Of a stretch of DNA of 64,000 bases, positions 36,861-48,932 are shown one piece after another; the stretch's first letter is position 1; each line of letters starts with the position of its first letter. The stretch is from Vicugna vicugna (taxonomy: Eukaryota), in NCBI GenBank assembly GCA_013265495.1, contig MU058213.1:2232001-2296000 (forward strand), in the 5' to 3' direction. The notes under the pieces were generated by a model that saw only the letters and a program-made list of their open reading frames with translations, made no database searches and was not told where the DNA came from. A program made the translations under genes and the position numbers.

Positions 36861-38897
36861 GGCGTATTGAGCAGCCATTGTGGAATATCAGTCTGGCCAA
36901 TTGTATTGTGACTTATTATTTCAAATAATTCATGGATAATTTAGGTCAATTAAAAAAAGCATCAATGTATATTTGATTCATTTTTTCATGTGTGCACATA
37001 TTTAAAATCATCATTTATATAACTACTTTCTCTAGAGATTTAATAGTGCCAGAGAATAATTTTCAAATATCAGATACATAAACATGCAAATCATGATTAT
37101 TTTTTAATCTGACAACAAAATAGTATTTTAGGGGCCACCTAGTTAATCGGCTTCATACTATAGTTGAGGGTGCTTAGTAATTTTCTTGGCGTCACCCAGT
37201 TAGTTCATGGTGGGGTCCATGAATAGTGGGGTCCTCTAGAGTTCTAGGCCACCTCTTTTCACTTCGTCACTCAGACTTGCATTTAATTTAATTCCTTTTA
37301 AATGCTCCCTCCCCTTTCATTTGTAACTATACAAGGTATTTTGGAAAATTGCTGTTTAAATGCTTACAGTGCCCAGGAAAACACTACATTTACTGGGTAG
37401 TGAAAAAGTAGTTCAGTTTTCTACCAGGTGACAAGGAGGCTGCCAGCATTTGAGAGAGTCCGCTTTTACTTCTAAAGGAGTTTGTTTCAATGTAAGAAAC
37501 CTATGAATTGGAATTGCTGTTATTAGCACCCCCTTCCACACCCACCTTTAACATCTCACTACCATGTTCTGTTCTGTTGGTCAAATACTTGGGAGAATAT
37601 TCTTTGCTGTGCAGAAAGAATAAAGGCAAAATAGACAAATGTAGCTGAACAAATATTTCTACCTGCTTTCTTTCCATGAAAGTTGAATTTAATATTAGAG
37701 TGGTTTAGATGATTATAAAAACTCATTTTATAGGGTCATCTGTATTTTAATATATTTTTCTAATGTATAGAATGGACATTTTATCCCCATCTTTATGACA
37801 AGAAAACAGTATCTGAGAGATGAGTGAATTATCAAGGGCTTGTGGCTTGTCGGTGGTTAAATTGGGTTTCAGATTTCCATCTTTAGGCAGCAAGTCCAGG
37901 GTTCTTCTGAGAAGAATATGAGGTTTTTCAACCCTCTATATCCCTGGGTGTCAAATAGCCTTGGAGGTAAAGGGAAAGAAAAAAGGACTGCCCAGCATAA
38001 ATTGGCTATTTCTCACTTATTATCTTTCTGAGAAAATGCTAAATGTACATTCTTAATACAGATTATTAAACATTTTCTTTCTTATTATGCATCTTCTTAT
38101 TTGCAAGTTGTGTTTCTTCAGCAGTACTAATTCTTAAAACACTAATATAGTAATTGGCACGAATAGTAGCTTTATTGGTCCCGTAATATCTAATTAAATT
38201 TAATAATAGTAATTACAAACTACCTTGCTAAATAAGACATTATGACCTAAACAAATAAGCCTATGTAATTTTCTTTCCTCATCACTTTTATTCTTTGTTT
38301 CTGTACTCTTTCTATTCTATTAATCTGTTCGTTTTGATCAATTCGGTCTCAGTTCCTCATATGTAACAAAAGAAGTGGGTTTTGATTCTCTCAAACATCC
38401 CTTTTTGCAATTGCATTTTATGCTATGTATTATCTTTATAACTCATGAATGTGGAGGCATACCCACCTTCTTTTCTTTCTAAATTAAATATTTCATTTAA
38501 ACTATTGATATCTGGCTTTGCAAATTCCCAGCCTTATGTCTGGATTATCTTCCACCTAATTTTCTAAATTCAAGGGTCCTGAGTCTGACCGAACCTGTCC
38601 TCTACAACATTGTGTTAATTTCAGGTTTACAACAGTGATTCAGTTACACACACACACACACACACATTCTGTTTCAGATTCTTTTTCATTATAGGTTATT
38701 ACAAGATATTAAATATAGTTCCCTGTGCTATACAGTAGGTCCTTGTTGGTTATCTATTTTATACATAATCGTGTGTGTATGTTAATCCCAAACTCCTAAT
38801 TTATCCCTTCCACTTCCCCTTTGGTAACCATAAGTTTGTTTTCTATGAGTGTGAGTCTCCTTCTGTTTTGTAAATAAGTTCACTTGTATCATTTTTT

Positions 38898-41800
38898 TTA
38901 GATTCCACATATAAGTGATATCATATGATATTTATCTTCATCTTTCTGACTTACTTCACTCGGTATGATAATCTCTAGGTCCATCCATGTTGCTGCAAAT
39001 GGCATTATTTTATTTTATGGCTGAGTAGTATTCTGTTGTATATACATACCACATCTTCTTTGTCCATTCATCTGTTGATGGATATTTAGGTTGCTTCCAT
39101 GTCTTGGCTATTGTAAATTGTTCTGCTATGAACTTGGGATGCATGTATCTTTTCGAATTAGAGTTTTCTCCTGATACGTGCCCAGAAGTGGGATTTCTGG
39201 ATCATATGGCAAGACTATTTTTAGTTTTTTAAGGAACCTCCATACTGTCCTCCATAGTGGCTGCACCAATTTACATTCCCACCAACAATGTAGGAAGGTA
39301 CCTTTTTCTCTCCACCCTCTCCAGCATTTATTATTTGTAGACTTTCTGATGATAGCCATTCTGACAGGTATAAGGTGGTACCTCATTGCAGTTTTGATTT
39401 GCAATTCTCTAATAATTAGCAATGTTGAGAATCTTTTCATGTGCCTGTTGGCCATCTCTATGTCTTCTCTAGAGTAATGTATATTTAGATCTTCTGCCCA
39501 TTTTTTAATTGGGTTGTTTGGGTTTTTTGATATTAAGCTGTATGAACTGTTTGTATATTTTGGAAATTAATCTTTTGTTAGTCACATCATTTACAGATGT
39601 TTTCACCCATTCCATAGGTGGTCTTTTCATTTGGTTTATGGTTTCATTTGCAAAAGCTTTTAAATTTAATTGGGTCCTATTTATTAATTTTTGTTTTTAT
39701 TTTTATTACTCTTGGAGATGAATCCAAAAAAATATTACTGCAATTTATGTGAGAGTCTTCTGCCTATGTTTTCCTCTAGGATTTTTAGAGTATTGGTCTT
39801 ATATTTAGGTCTTTAATCCATTTTGAGTTTATTTTTGTATATGGTGTTAGAGAATGTTCTAATTTCATTCTTTTACATGTAGCTGGCCAGTTTTTGCAGC
39901 ACCATTTACTGAAGTGACTGTCTTTTCTCCATTGTATATTCTTGCCCTCTTTGTTGTAGATTAATTGACCATAAATGCATGGGTTTATTTCTGGACTGTC
40001 TATTCTGTTCCATTGATTTATGTGTCTGTTTTGTGCCAGTACTATACTGTTTTTTTGTTTGTTTGTTTTTATTGAGGTATTTTGTTTGCTTGTTTTTTTA
40101 TTTAGGTAAATACTGTTTTGCTTTATTGGGGCTTTGTAGTATAGTCTGAAGTCAGGGAGCCTGATTCCTCCCGCTTCATTCTTCTTTCCCAAGATTGTTT
40201 TGGCTGTTCAGGGTCTTTTGTGTTTCCATACACATTTTAAAATTTTTTGTTTTAGTTCTGTAAAAAATGCCATCGGTAATTTGATAGGGATTGCACTGAA
40301 TATGTAGATTACCTTGGGTAGTATGGCCATTTTAACAATATTCGTTCTTCTAATCCAAGAGCACAGTGAGTCTTTCCATCTGTTAGTGTCATCTTCAGTT
40401 ATTTTCATCATCATCTTATATTTTTCAGAGTAATGGCCTTTTGCCTCCTTAGGTTTATTCCCAGATATTTTACTCTTTTTGTTGCAGTGGTAAATGGGGA
40501 TTGTTTCCTTCATTTCTTTTTCTGCTATTTTGTTGTTAGTATATCGAAATGCAACTGATTTCTGTATATTAATTTCGTATCCTGCAACTTTACTGAATTC
40601 ACTGATGAGTTCTAGTAGTTTTCTGGTAGCATCTTTAGGGTTTCCTATCTATAATATTGTGTCATCTGCAAACAGTGACAGTTTTACTTCTTCCTTCACA
40701 ATCTGGATTCCTTTTATTTATTTTTGTTCTCTGATTGCTGTGGATAGGACTTCCAAAACTATGTTGAATAAAAGTGTTGACAGTGGGCATCCTTGTCTTG
40801 TTCCTGATTTTAGAGGAGGTGCTTTCAGTTTTTCACCAGTGAGTATGATGTTAGCTGTGGGTTTGTCATATGTGGCCTTTATTGTGTTGAGGTATGTTCC
40901 TTCTATGCCCACTTGCTGGAGAGTTTTTATCATAAATCGATGTTGAATTTTATCAAAAGCTTTCTTCTGCATCTATTAAGAAGGTTATATGGTTTTTATT
41001 CTTCAATTTGTTAATATGATATACCACGTTGATTGACTTGCAGACATTGAAAAATCCTTACATCCCTGGGATAAATCCCACTTGATCATGGTGTATGATA
41101 TTTTAATGTATTGTTGGAATCAGTTTGCTAGTATTTTGTTGAGGATTTTTGCATCTATATTCATAAGTGATATTGGCCTATAATTTTCTTTTTTTGTGAT
41201 ATCTTTGTCTGATTTTGGCATCTGGGTGATAGTAGCCTCATAGGATGTGTTTAGAAGTGTTTCTCTGCAATTTTTTGGAATGGTTTCAGAAGGATTGGCA
41301 TTAACTCTTCTCTAAATGTTTGGTGGGATTTGCCTGTGAAGCCATCTGGTCCTGGACTTTTGTTTTTGGGGAATTTTTAAATTACTTATTCAATTTCAGT
41401 ACTGTTCATATTTTTAATTTCTTCCTGGTTCAATCTTTGCAAATTGTACCTTTCTTAGAAAGTGTCCATTTCTTTTAGATTGTCCATTTTGTTGGTATAT
41501 AGTTGCTCATAGTAGCCTCTTAAGATCCTTTGTATTTCTGTGGTGTTGATTGGAACCTCCCCTTTTTCATTTCTGATTTTATTAATTTGGGCTTTCTCCC
41601 TTTTTTTCTTGATGAGCCTGGCTAAAGGTTGAACAATTTTGTTTACCATTTTTAAGACCCAGCTTTTAGATTCATTGATCTTTTACTATTTTTTTCTAAG
41701 TCTCTTACTCATTTATTTCTGCTCTAATTTTGATTATTTCTTTCCTTCTACTCACTTTGGGTTTTATTGTTCTTTCTCTAATTGCTTTAGGTGTAATGTT

Positions 41801-42729
41801 AGGTTGTTTATTGGAGATTGTCCTTGTTTCCTGAGGTAAGCTTGCTATAAACTTCCCTTTTAGAACTGCTTTTGCTGTGTCCTAGAGGTTTTGGATGGTC
41901 GTGTTTTTATTTCATTTGTCTCTAAGTATTTTTCAGTTTCCTCTTTGATTTTTGTCAGTGATTCATTGGTTGTTCAGTTGCATACTGCTTAGCCTCCACG
42001 TGTTTGCAGTTTTTTTCTTGTAGTTGATGTCCAATCTCATAGTGTTGTGGTTGGAAAAGATGCTTAATATGATTTTAATTTTCTTAAATTTACTGGGGCT
42101 TGTTTTGTGGCCCAGCTTGTGGTCTATTCTTGGGAATGTTCCATGTTCACTTGAAAAGAATGTGTATTCTTCTGCTTTCAGATAGAATACTCTATAAATA
42201 TCAATTAAGTCCATCTGGCTTAATGTGTCATTTAAGGCCTGTGTTTTCTTATTGATTTTCTGTCTGGATGATCTGTATACTGATGTAAGTGGGGTGTTAA
42301 AGTCCCCCACTATTAATGTGTTAGTGTCAATTTCTCCCTTTATGTCTGTTAACATTTGCTTACATATTGGGGTGCTCCTAAGTTGTGTGCATATATATTT
42401 ACAATTGTTATATCTTCTACTCCAGTTGACCCTTTGGTCATTGTGTAATGTCCTTCTTTGTCCCTTGTGACAATCTTTATTTTAAAGTTTATTTTTCTTT
42501 TATAAGTATTGCTACTCCAGCTTTCTTTTGATTTCCATTTGCATGGAATACCTTTTTCCATCCCCTCACTTTTATTCCATATGTATCTCTAGACCTGAAG
42601 TGGGCCTCTTGTAGGCAGAAAATATACAGGTTTTGTTTTATATCCATCAGCTAGTCTGTGTCTTTTGGTTGGAGCATTTAATCCATTTACATTTGAGGTA
42701 ATTATCAATATATATGTTCTTATTGCCAT
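38898..42729 (-). pseudogene. L1 ORF2 (endonuclease/reverse transcriptase/C-terminal domain), full span but disrupted
   Basis: Starts MAIRTYILIITSNVNGLNAPTKRHRLA; ..IVGDFNTPLT..RIDH.. (EN); ..[17 protein letters not shown].. (RT); ..[13 protein letters not shown]..; 3832-bp span broken into many short ORFs. Confidence 0.95.
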
Positions 42730-42919
42730 TTTGTTAATTGTTTTGGATTTTGGAGGGGAGGAAGGTCTTTTTTCCTTTCTTCTTTTGTTCTCTTTTGTGA
42801 TTTGATGACTATCTTTACTGGTATTTTTGGATTCCTTTTTCTTTTGGGTGTGTATATCTATTATTGATTTTTGTTTTGCAGTTACCATGAGATTTTAGTA
42901 TAGCAGTCCATATATGTTC

Positions 42920-43305
42920 TACAATTGATTCCTCCTAGTATATTTTTCAGTTATTGCATTCTTCATCTCTGGTTGTTCTTTATGTTTTCTTTTGGGGGGG
43001 TGTAATTAGGTTTATTTATTTATTATTTTTTAATGGAGGTACTGGGGATTGAATCCAGGGACCTTGTGCATGCTAAGCATAGGCTCTGCCACTGAGCTGT
43101 ACGCTCTTTATATTTCTAATCCTTTGTTAAAAACTTATAACTTCTCTCTTTGTACATCCATTCTTCAACCAAATTCTTATATCATCTTTACAATTAATAC
43201 TCTAAACTCTTTCTCAAGTATTTTGCCTATCTCCACATCACTTAGTTCTTCTTCTGGAATTTTATCTTGTTCTTGTGTCTGAAGCATATTCCTCTGTTGC
43301 CTCAT
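42920..43305 (-). pseudogene. L1 ORF1 N-terminal remnant, interrupted by a SINE
   Basis: Manual translation from 43305: MRQQRNMLQTQEQDKIPEEELSDVEIGKILEKEFRVLIVKMI*. Confidence 0.8.
42991..43106 (-). mobile_element. Vic-1-type SINE nested in L1 ORF1
   Basis: rc gtacagctcagtggcagagcctatgcttagcatgcacaaggtccctggattcaatccccagtacctccattaaaaaataataaataaataaacctaattacacccccc; approximate TSD ctttatgttttct / ctttatatttct. Confidence 0.92.
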
Positions 43306-44467
43306 TTTGTCTAAATTTTTATTAGCATTTTTATGTATGTGGTACGTTAGTTGCATTTCTCGATCTTGAATAAGTGGCCCTCTGTAGGAGACATCCTATA
43401 TGTCACAGCAGTGCACTTCCCTTTTATCACCGAAGGGCCAGAGGCCAGCTAGTCCCAGGGTATGGTCTGGCCTGCATTTGCAGACACAGTTACTCAAGCT
43501 GCAGGATTGTAGTTTTCTTGCTTCTAGTGTCTGCCCCCTTGTGAATGACTCTGGTCTAGAATCTTGTATAGGCTTCCTGGTAGGAGGGGCCAGTGCCTGT
43601 CCACTGGTGGGTAGAGCTGGGTCCTGGCCCTTTGTTGGGCAGGGCCATGTCTAGAGACATGTCTAGAGTCAGCTCTGGGCTTAGGAAGTCTTTTGGCAGC
43701 CTGTCTGCTGATGGGTGGGGCTCTGTTCCTGCCCAGTTAGTTGTTTGACCTTTGGCATCCCAGCACTGGAGCCTTCAGGCTGTTGGATGGGGCCAGGTAT
43801 TGATACTAATGACCCAAGCAAGATGTCAGCCTCCAGGAGAGTTCATGCAGATGAATATTCCCTGAAATGTCTGATACCAATATCTATGTCACTAGAGTGA
43901 GCCTCAGCCAACCTCTGCCTCCCCAGAAGACCCTCTAAGACAAGCAGGTAGGACTGGGCCGGGCTCCTATGAAGTTACTGCTTTTGCCCTTGGTCCCAGT
44001 GCATGTGAGAGTTTCTGTGTGCCCTCTAAGAGTGGAGTCTCTGTTTCCTCCAGCCCTGTGAAGCTCCTGTGAATAAGCCGTGCTGGCCTTCAAAGCCAAA
44101 TGCTCTGGAGGCTCCTCTTCCTGGTGCCAGAACCCTGAACTGGGGATACTGACATGGCCCACAGGACTCTCACTCCTGTGGGAGAACCTCTGCAATATAA
44201 TTATTCTCCAGTTTTTGGGTCACCCCTCTAGAGGTATGGGATTTGATTATATCACAAGTGCACCCCTCTTACCATCTTCTTGTGGTTCCTTCTTTATATC
44301 TTTAGTTGTAGAAGATCTTTTTTGGTAGATTCCAGTCTTTTTCATTGATGGTTGTTCAGCAGTTAGTTACGATTTTGCTGTGCTCGTGAGAGGAGGTGAG
44401 CTCAAGGTCTTTCTACTCCACCATCTTGGCCCAATCTCAACAAGTCATTTTTGAATCCAGTATAATT

Positions 44468-44575
44468 CTTACAAGAATTGAGGAGCTGGCAAGTCCAAAA
44501 TCTATAAGGTAGGTCAACAGTCTGGAAACTCACACAGGGTTTCCAAGCTTCAGTCTTGAGATAGAATTCTCCTTT
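44468..44575 (-). mobile_element. MLT2-type ERVL LTR fragment
   Basis: gctggcaagtccaaaatct..ctggaaactca..cagtcttgagatagaattc. Confidence 0.75.
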
Positions 44576-45239
44576 TGTCATTGTCATGTTTAGGCATGTA
44601 AAGAGGCATGTCTAAAACATGATGATTCAGTAAGTTTGTAAGTAAAAGTTTGGAAAAAGAGCTATCATACAAATACTATACAAAAGAAAGCTATTGTGGT
44701 TATACTAATATCAAGATGAAGCTATTCAGGCAAAAAGGATTATTAAAGATGAAGAGAACTGCTATATAATAATAGAAGTTCTGTTTATCAGGGAAATCAT
44801 TTTAAACTTATATGTACCTAATGACTTAGTTTTAAAATATACAAGTACGAATCAATAGGAATAGAAGAAGAATTGTGTAAAGCTACTACTGTTAGAATGG
44901 TAGATGTTGAATACATCTCTCTCAGTAACTGATAGAACTAGCAGAAAATAATTAGTAAAGACATTAAATATTTGAAAAACACAACACACTAGGTCTGATG
45001 GATATATTTATACACTTAAACCCCAAAATACAAAATAGATATATAAATTCTTATTAAGTACCCGTACAATATTTCAAGAATTTGACCAAATATAGGACTA
45101 GTCTCATCAAATTCCAAAGAAATAAAATTAGAGTATGTTCTCAGACCATATGAAATTCAGCAAAGAATAAACAATGTAAAGACCCCTTAAAATTCCCATA
45201 TTAGGAAATTAAGAAATACACTTCTGATATATCCATCAA

Positions 45240-45595
45240 TTGTGAAAGACAGATATGATGACTTATTTGGTTAATAAACTATAAAAATTTGGTTATGAGA
45301 ATTGTGAAAATTTAAACTTATTCAATATTGGGTTATATTAAGGAATAATGTGGCTATGTTTTAAAAAAGAGTCCTTATATTTTTAAGATTTTTACAAATG
45401 ACATATTTACCAATGATTTACTTCAAAATAGTCCTGAGAGTAGAGGAGTAGATGGGGAATAAATATGAATAAAAAAGAAGTCTATAAGTTGATAATTGTT
45501 GAATCTGGACTATGAGCCCAAAGTGGATTCATTAAACTATCATCTCAATTTTTATGTATGTTTTAAATTTTTTGTAATTAAAAATTTAAAAATAA
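45240..45595 (+). mobile_element. L1MC-type 3' end inserted in the old L1
   Basis: agttgataattgttgaatctgg..ttcattaaactat..ttttatgtatgttttaaattttt; host text aagaaatacacttct../..aaataacccctgaatcaaagaagaaa resumes after it. Confidence 0.7.
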
Positions 45596-46894
45596 TTCAT
45601 TTATAAATAACCCCTGAATCAAAGAAGAAATTCCAATGAAAACTAGCAAATATTTTAAATGGAATGATAATTTAAAATGCTATATAAAAACTGTAGAATG
45701 TAACAAAGACAGGTTTTTAGAGAAGTTTATAGTCTTTAATGAGTATATTAGAAAAGAAGAATGGCTGAAAGTCACTGACATAAGCAATCTCTTCAAGATA
45801 TTAAGAAAAAAATCCCCACAAAAATAGAAAAAAGAAATAAAGGGCAGAAATTAATGGCAAGAAAAAATATATAAAAATAGGATTAACAAAACCAAAAGTT
45901 GGTTCTGTGAAAAGACTAACAAAACTGCTTAGGGAACAGGGTGAAACTTACTGAGAACAAAGAGAGAGAAAAAAAAAAGTGAGATATTAAAAGAGGCTTT
46001 GCCACAAGCTTTTCAGACATTTAAAGATCACAGTAGTATATTATGAATCTTAGAATAATCAACTTGAAAGTTTAAATGAAGTCGACAAATACTTAGAAAA
46101 ATACAATTACTAAAACTGGCACAATAAGAAATAGGAAGTCTGAATAATCCAGTAACAATGAAAGCTATTAAGTGTATAATTTTAAATCTTATCACAAGTA
46201 AAACTCCAGACCCAGATGGCATCACCGGAAAAATATACCTAACTTTCGAAGAAGAAATGATGCCAGTTATCACAAACTCATCTCGAGTCTTGAAGGAAAG
46301 GGAAACACTCAAGCTAATTTGATGAGGGCAGCATATCTTTGATACTAAAACCTGAAAAGGGCTTTATTGGAAAAACATTACAGAATAATAGCATTCATCA
46401 ATGTAAATGCAAACATTCTAAATAGATATTAGCAAACCAAATCTAACAATATATGAAGGATAACGTAAGCAGCTGAGTTTCTTCTAAAAACACAGATTGA
46501 ATAACATTGAAATAGCAAGCCATGACATTCAGCATTATCAGAATGAAGGAAAAAATTATATGATTGCCTCATCAGATAACATTTCTAAAGTATTAGATAA
46601 ATATTAACATCCATTGACTAACCTGCAGGGACCTGGTAAAAATGAACTGCATCAGTCTATAGGGTATCTATAAAATGATACAACATGTCAGTCATCTGTA
46701 GGGGTGACATGTTGAAAATTTCCTTAAATCAGGAACAAGACAAAGACACCTGATATCACTTCTCCAACTGGAAATTGTTTTGAAGATTCTGGCTCTTGAA
46801 GCAAGGCAATAAATAAATAAATCAATCCATAAAAATAAATCGATAGAATAAAATTCTGTTATCATTCACAGGAGAGACAGTTTATATGTAAAAA

Positions 46895-47245
46895 TTACCA
46901 AACACACCATACAGTTCACCTATTTAATGTGTACAATTCAATGACTTTTAGTTAACCAGCTCTTTTTAAACACAAGGATAGAGTTTATTCAGTACATTCA
47001 TTTGGTGATGTATAATATAGATTTTTAACTTTAATTTTTTATTTTAAAAATTTCAAGGATGTGCAAAAGTAGAAAAATTATTTTAAAAATTCTAGGTACC
47101 TATTTTATAGGTTCAAAAAAATTTTTAACACTTTGCCAGTTTTATTTCATCTATTCCCTCTACCATTTTGCCCATATATTTTAAAGCCATTTACAAGCAT
47201 CAGATAATTTCACTTTCAAATGCTAGTTTGTCCCTCTAAATAAAT
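46895..47245 (-). mobile_element. Two antisense L1 3'-end fragments (L1MB-like, L1MC5-like)
   Basis: accatacagttcacctatttaatgtgtacaattcaatgacttttagt; aaaatttcaaggatgtgcaaaagtagaaaaat..ttgccagttttatttcatct. Confidence 0.65.
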
Positions 47246-47802
47246 GAAGAGTTCCAAGAAATTCTTGATAAAGAAGAACAAAGTAGGAGGATTCGCTTTT
47301 AGAATATTAACACATGTAATAAAATTATAATAATAAAGTCAGAGTGGTATTGATCCTGGGATAAAAATATAGATGAGAGGGTGGGACTGAAGAATGCAGA
47401 AATTGACCAATGTATTATGGGCACTTGATTAACAACAATATAGGTCCCATAGAGCAATGGGAAAAAGATGGTATTTTCAATAAATACTGCTGGTTAAATT
47501 GGATATCTATATGGAAAAAATAAACTTCAGTCCCATCCTATCCTCACATCACACACAAAAATCAACTTGATGAGACTGTAGCTCTGAATATAAAAGCGAA
47601 ACAATAGAGCTCTAAAAGATAATACAGAAAATTATCTTTATCACATTTGATTGTGAAAAGATCTCTTAAAATCCAAAGAAGCCCTAATTATAAAGAAGAA
47701 GACTGATAAATGAGACTGCCACTAAAATCAGGACATTCTATTTACAGCATTAAGAGAGCGAAAAAGGAAGCCAAAAATGACATGAGATACTTACTAAGCA
47801 TA

Positions 47803-48185
47803 CGTTATGGACTGAATTGTGTTCCCCACAAAGCCATATATTGAAATCCTAACCCCCAATATGACTGTATTTGGACATAGGACTTATAAGGGGGTAATTA
47901 AAGTTAAATGAGGTCATAAACATGGACCCGAATCCAGTAGGACTGGTGTTCCTATAAAAAGAAGGGATACTAGGAGTGTGAACACAGAGAAAGACCATGT
48001 GAGGACGGATGGAGTAAGAAGGCATCTGTGTGTAAGTCAGGAAAAGAGGTTTTCACCAGAAACCAACCCAACCAGCACTTTCATCTTAGACTTTTGTCCT
48101 CCAGAAGTATAAGAAAATAAACCTCTGTGGTTGAAGCCACTCAGTCTGTGGTATTCTGATAAGGCAACTCTAGTAGACTGATAGT
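47803..48185 (+). mobile_element. MaLR solo LTR (MLT1A-like)
   Basis: gttatggactgaattgtgttcccc..gtaattaaagttaaatgaggtcataa..aaataaacctctgtggttgaagccactcagtctgtggtatt. Confidence 0.92.
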
Positions 48186-48729
48186 GCGTGTAATTGACAG
48201 AGAGCTTGTATTCAAAATATATAGTGAATTTTTACAAATTCAACAACCCAATAGAAAAATGGGCAAGAGATATGAACAGGCACATCACAAAAAGGACAGT
48301 CAGTTCACCATTAGACATACACGTAAAGGCACTCCACCTCGTTAGTCATCAGGAATATACTAATTAAAGCTACAAATTAAACACATTTGTATGTCACCAG
48401 GCTTAAAAAGAGAAAAAAAAAGGAAAATGATCTCAATGGCAAATGTTGGTGATGGTCTGCAGCAGTAGAAACATTCCTGAACTACCAGTAAGAGTGTCAG
48501 GAGGTTCGACTACTTTAGAAAAAATTTGGATTTCTCTCTCAAAGTTAAAGAGACTCATACCCAATGACCTCATAGTTCTGCTTCTAAATATACATAAGAA
48601 TGTTCATAAGACATAGCCATGAATAATAATATTAGTAGTAGTATTTTTAACACCCAAATGTGTAGAAACAACCCAATGTCCACCAACAGTAGAATAGATA
48701 AAGTATGGTATAGTCATACAGTGAAATAG

Positions 48730-48932
48730 CAGTGATTCTCAACAGTGGGAAATTTGGACCCTCAGAGAACATTTGGCAACGTCTGGAGATAGTTTTCATT
48801 GTCACAACTAAGTGGTGGGGATGCTACTGGCATCTAGGGGCCAGGAATGCTACTAAACACCCTACAGCAGCCCCCCTTAGCAAAGAATTACCTGACTTAA
48901 GATGTCAGTAGTGCCAAGGCTAAGAAAAATTG
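48730..48932 (+). mobile_element. MER20 hAT-Charlie MITE
   Basis: cagtgattctcaac..acatttggcaacgtctggagatagttttcattgtcacaact..tgctactggcatctag..atgtcagtagtgccaaggct. Confidence 0.92.

Larger units (their letters stand above)
38603..44435 (-). mobile_element. Near-full-length decayed L1 (5' UTR, partial ORF1, ORF2, 3' UTR without poly(A))
   Basis: 5' end rc ggccaagatggtggagtagaaagacc..; ORF1 N-terminus; continuous ORF2 homology; 3' UTR similar to other L1 ends in the window. Confidence 0.97.

Noticed and set aside
40494..40946. Hydrophobic 150-aa plus-strand ORF (and similar ORFs at 8.4-9.7 and 39.2-42.5 kb)
   Set aside because: Antisense read-through of A-rich L1 ORF2, a common artefact.
38898..42729. 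Possible active L1 reverse transcriptase
   Set aside because: Many stops and frameshifts, ORF1 mostly deleted, CpG-depleted 5' UTR and no poly(A).
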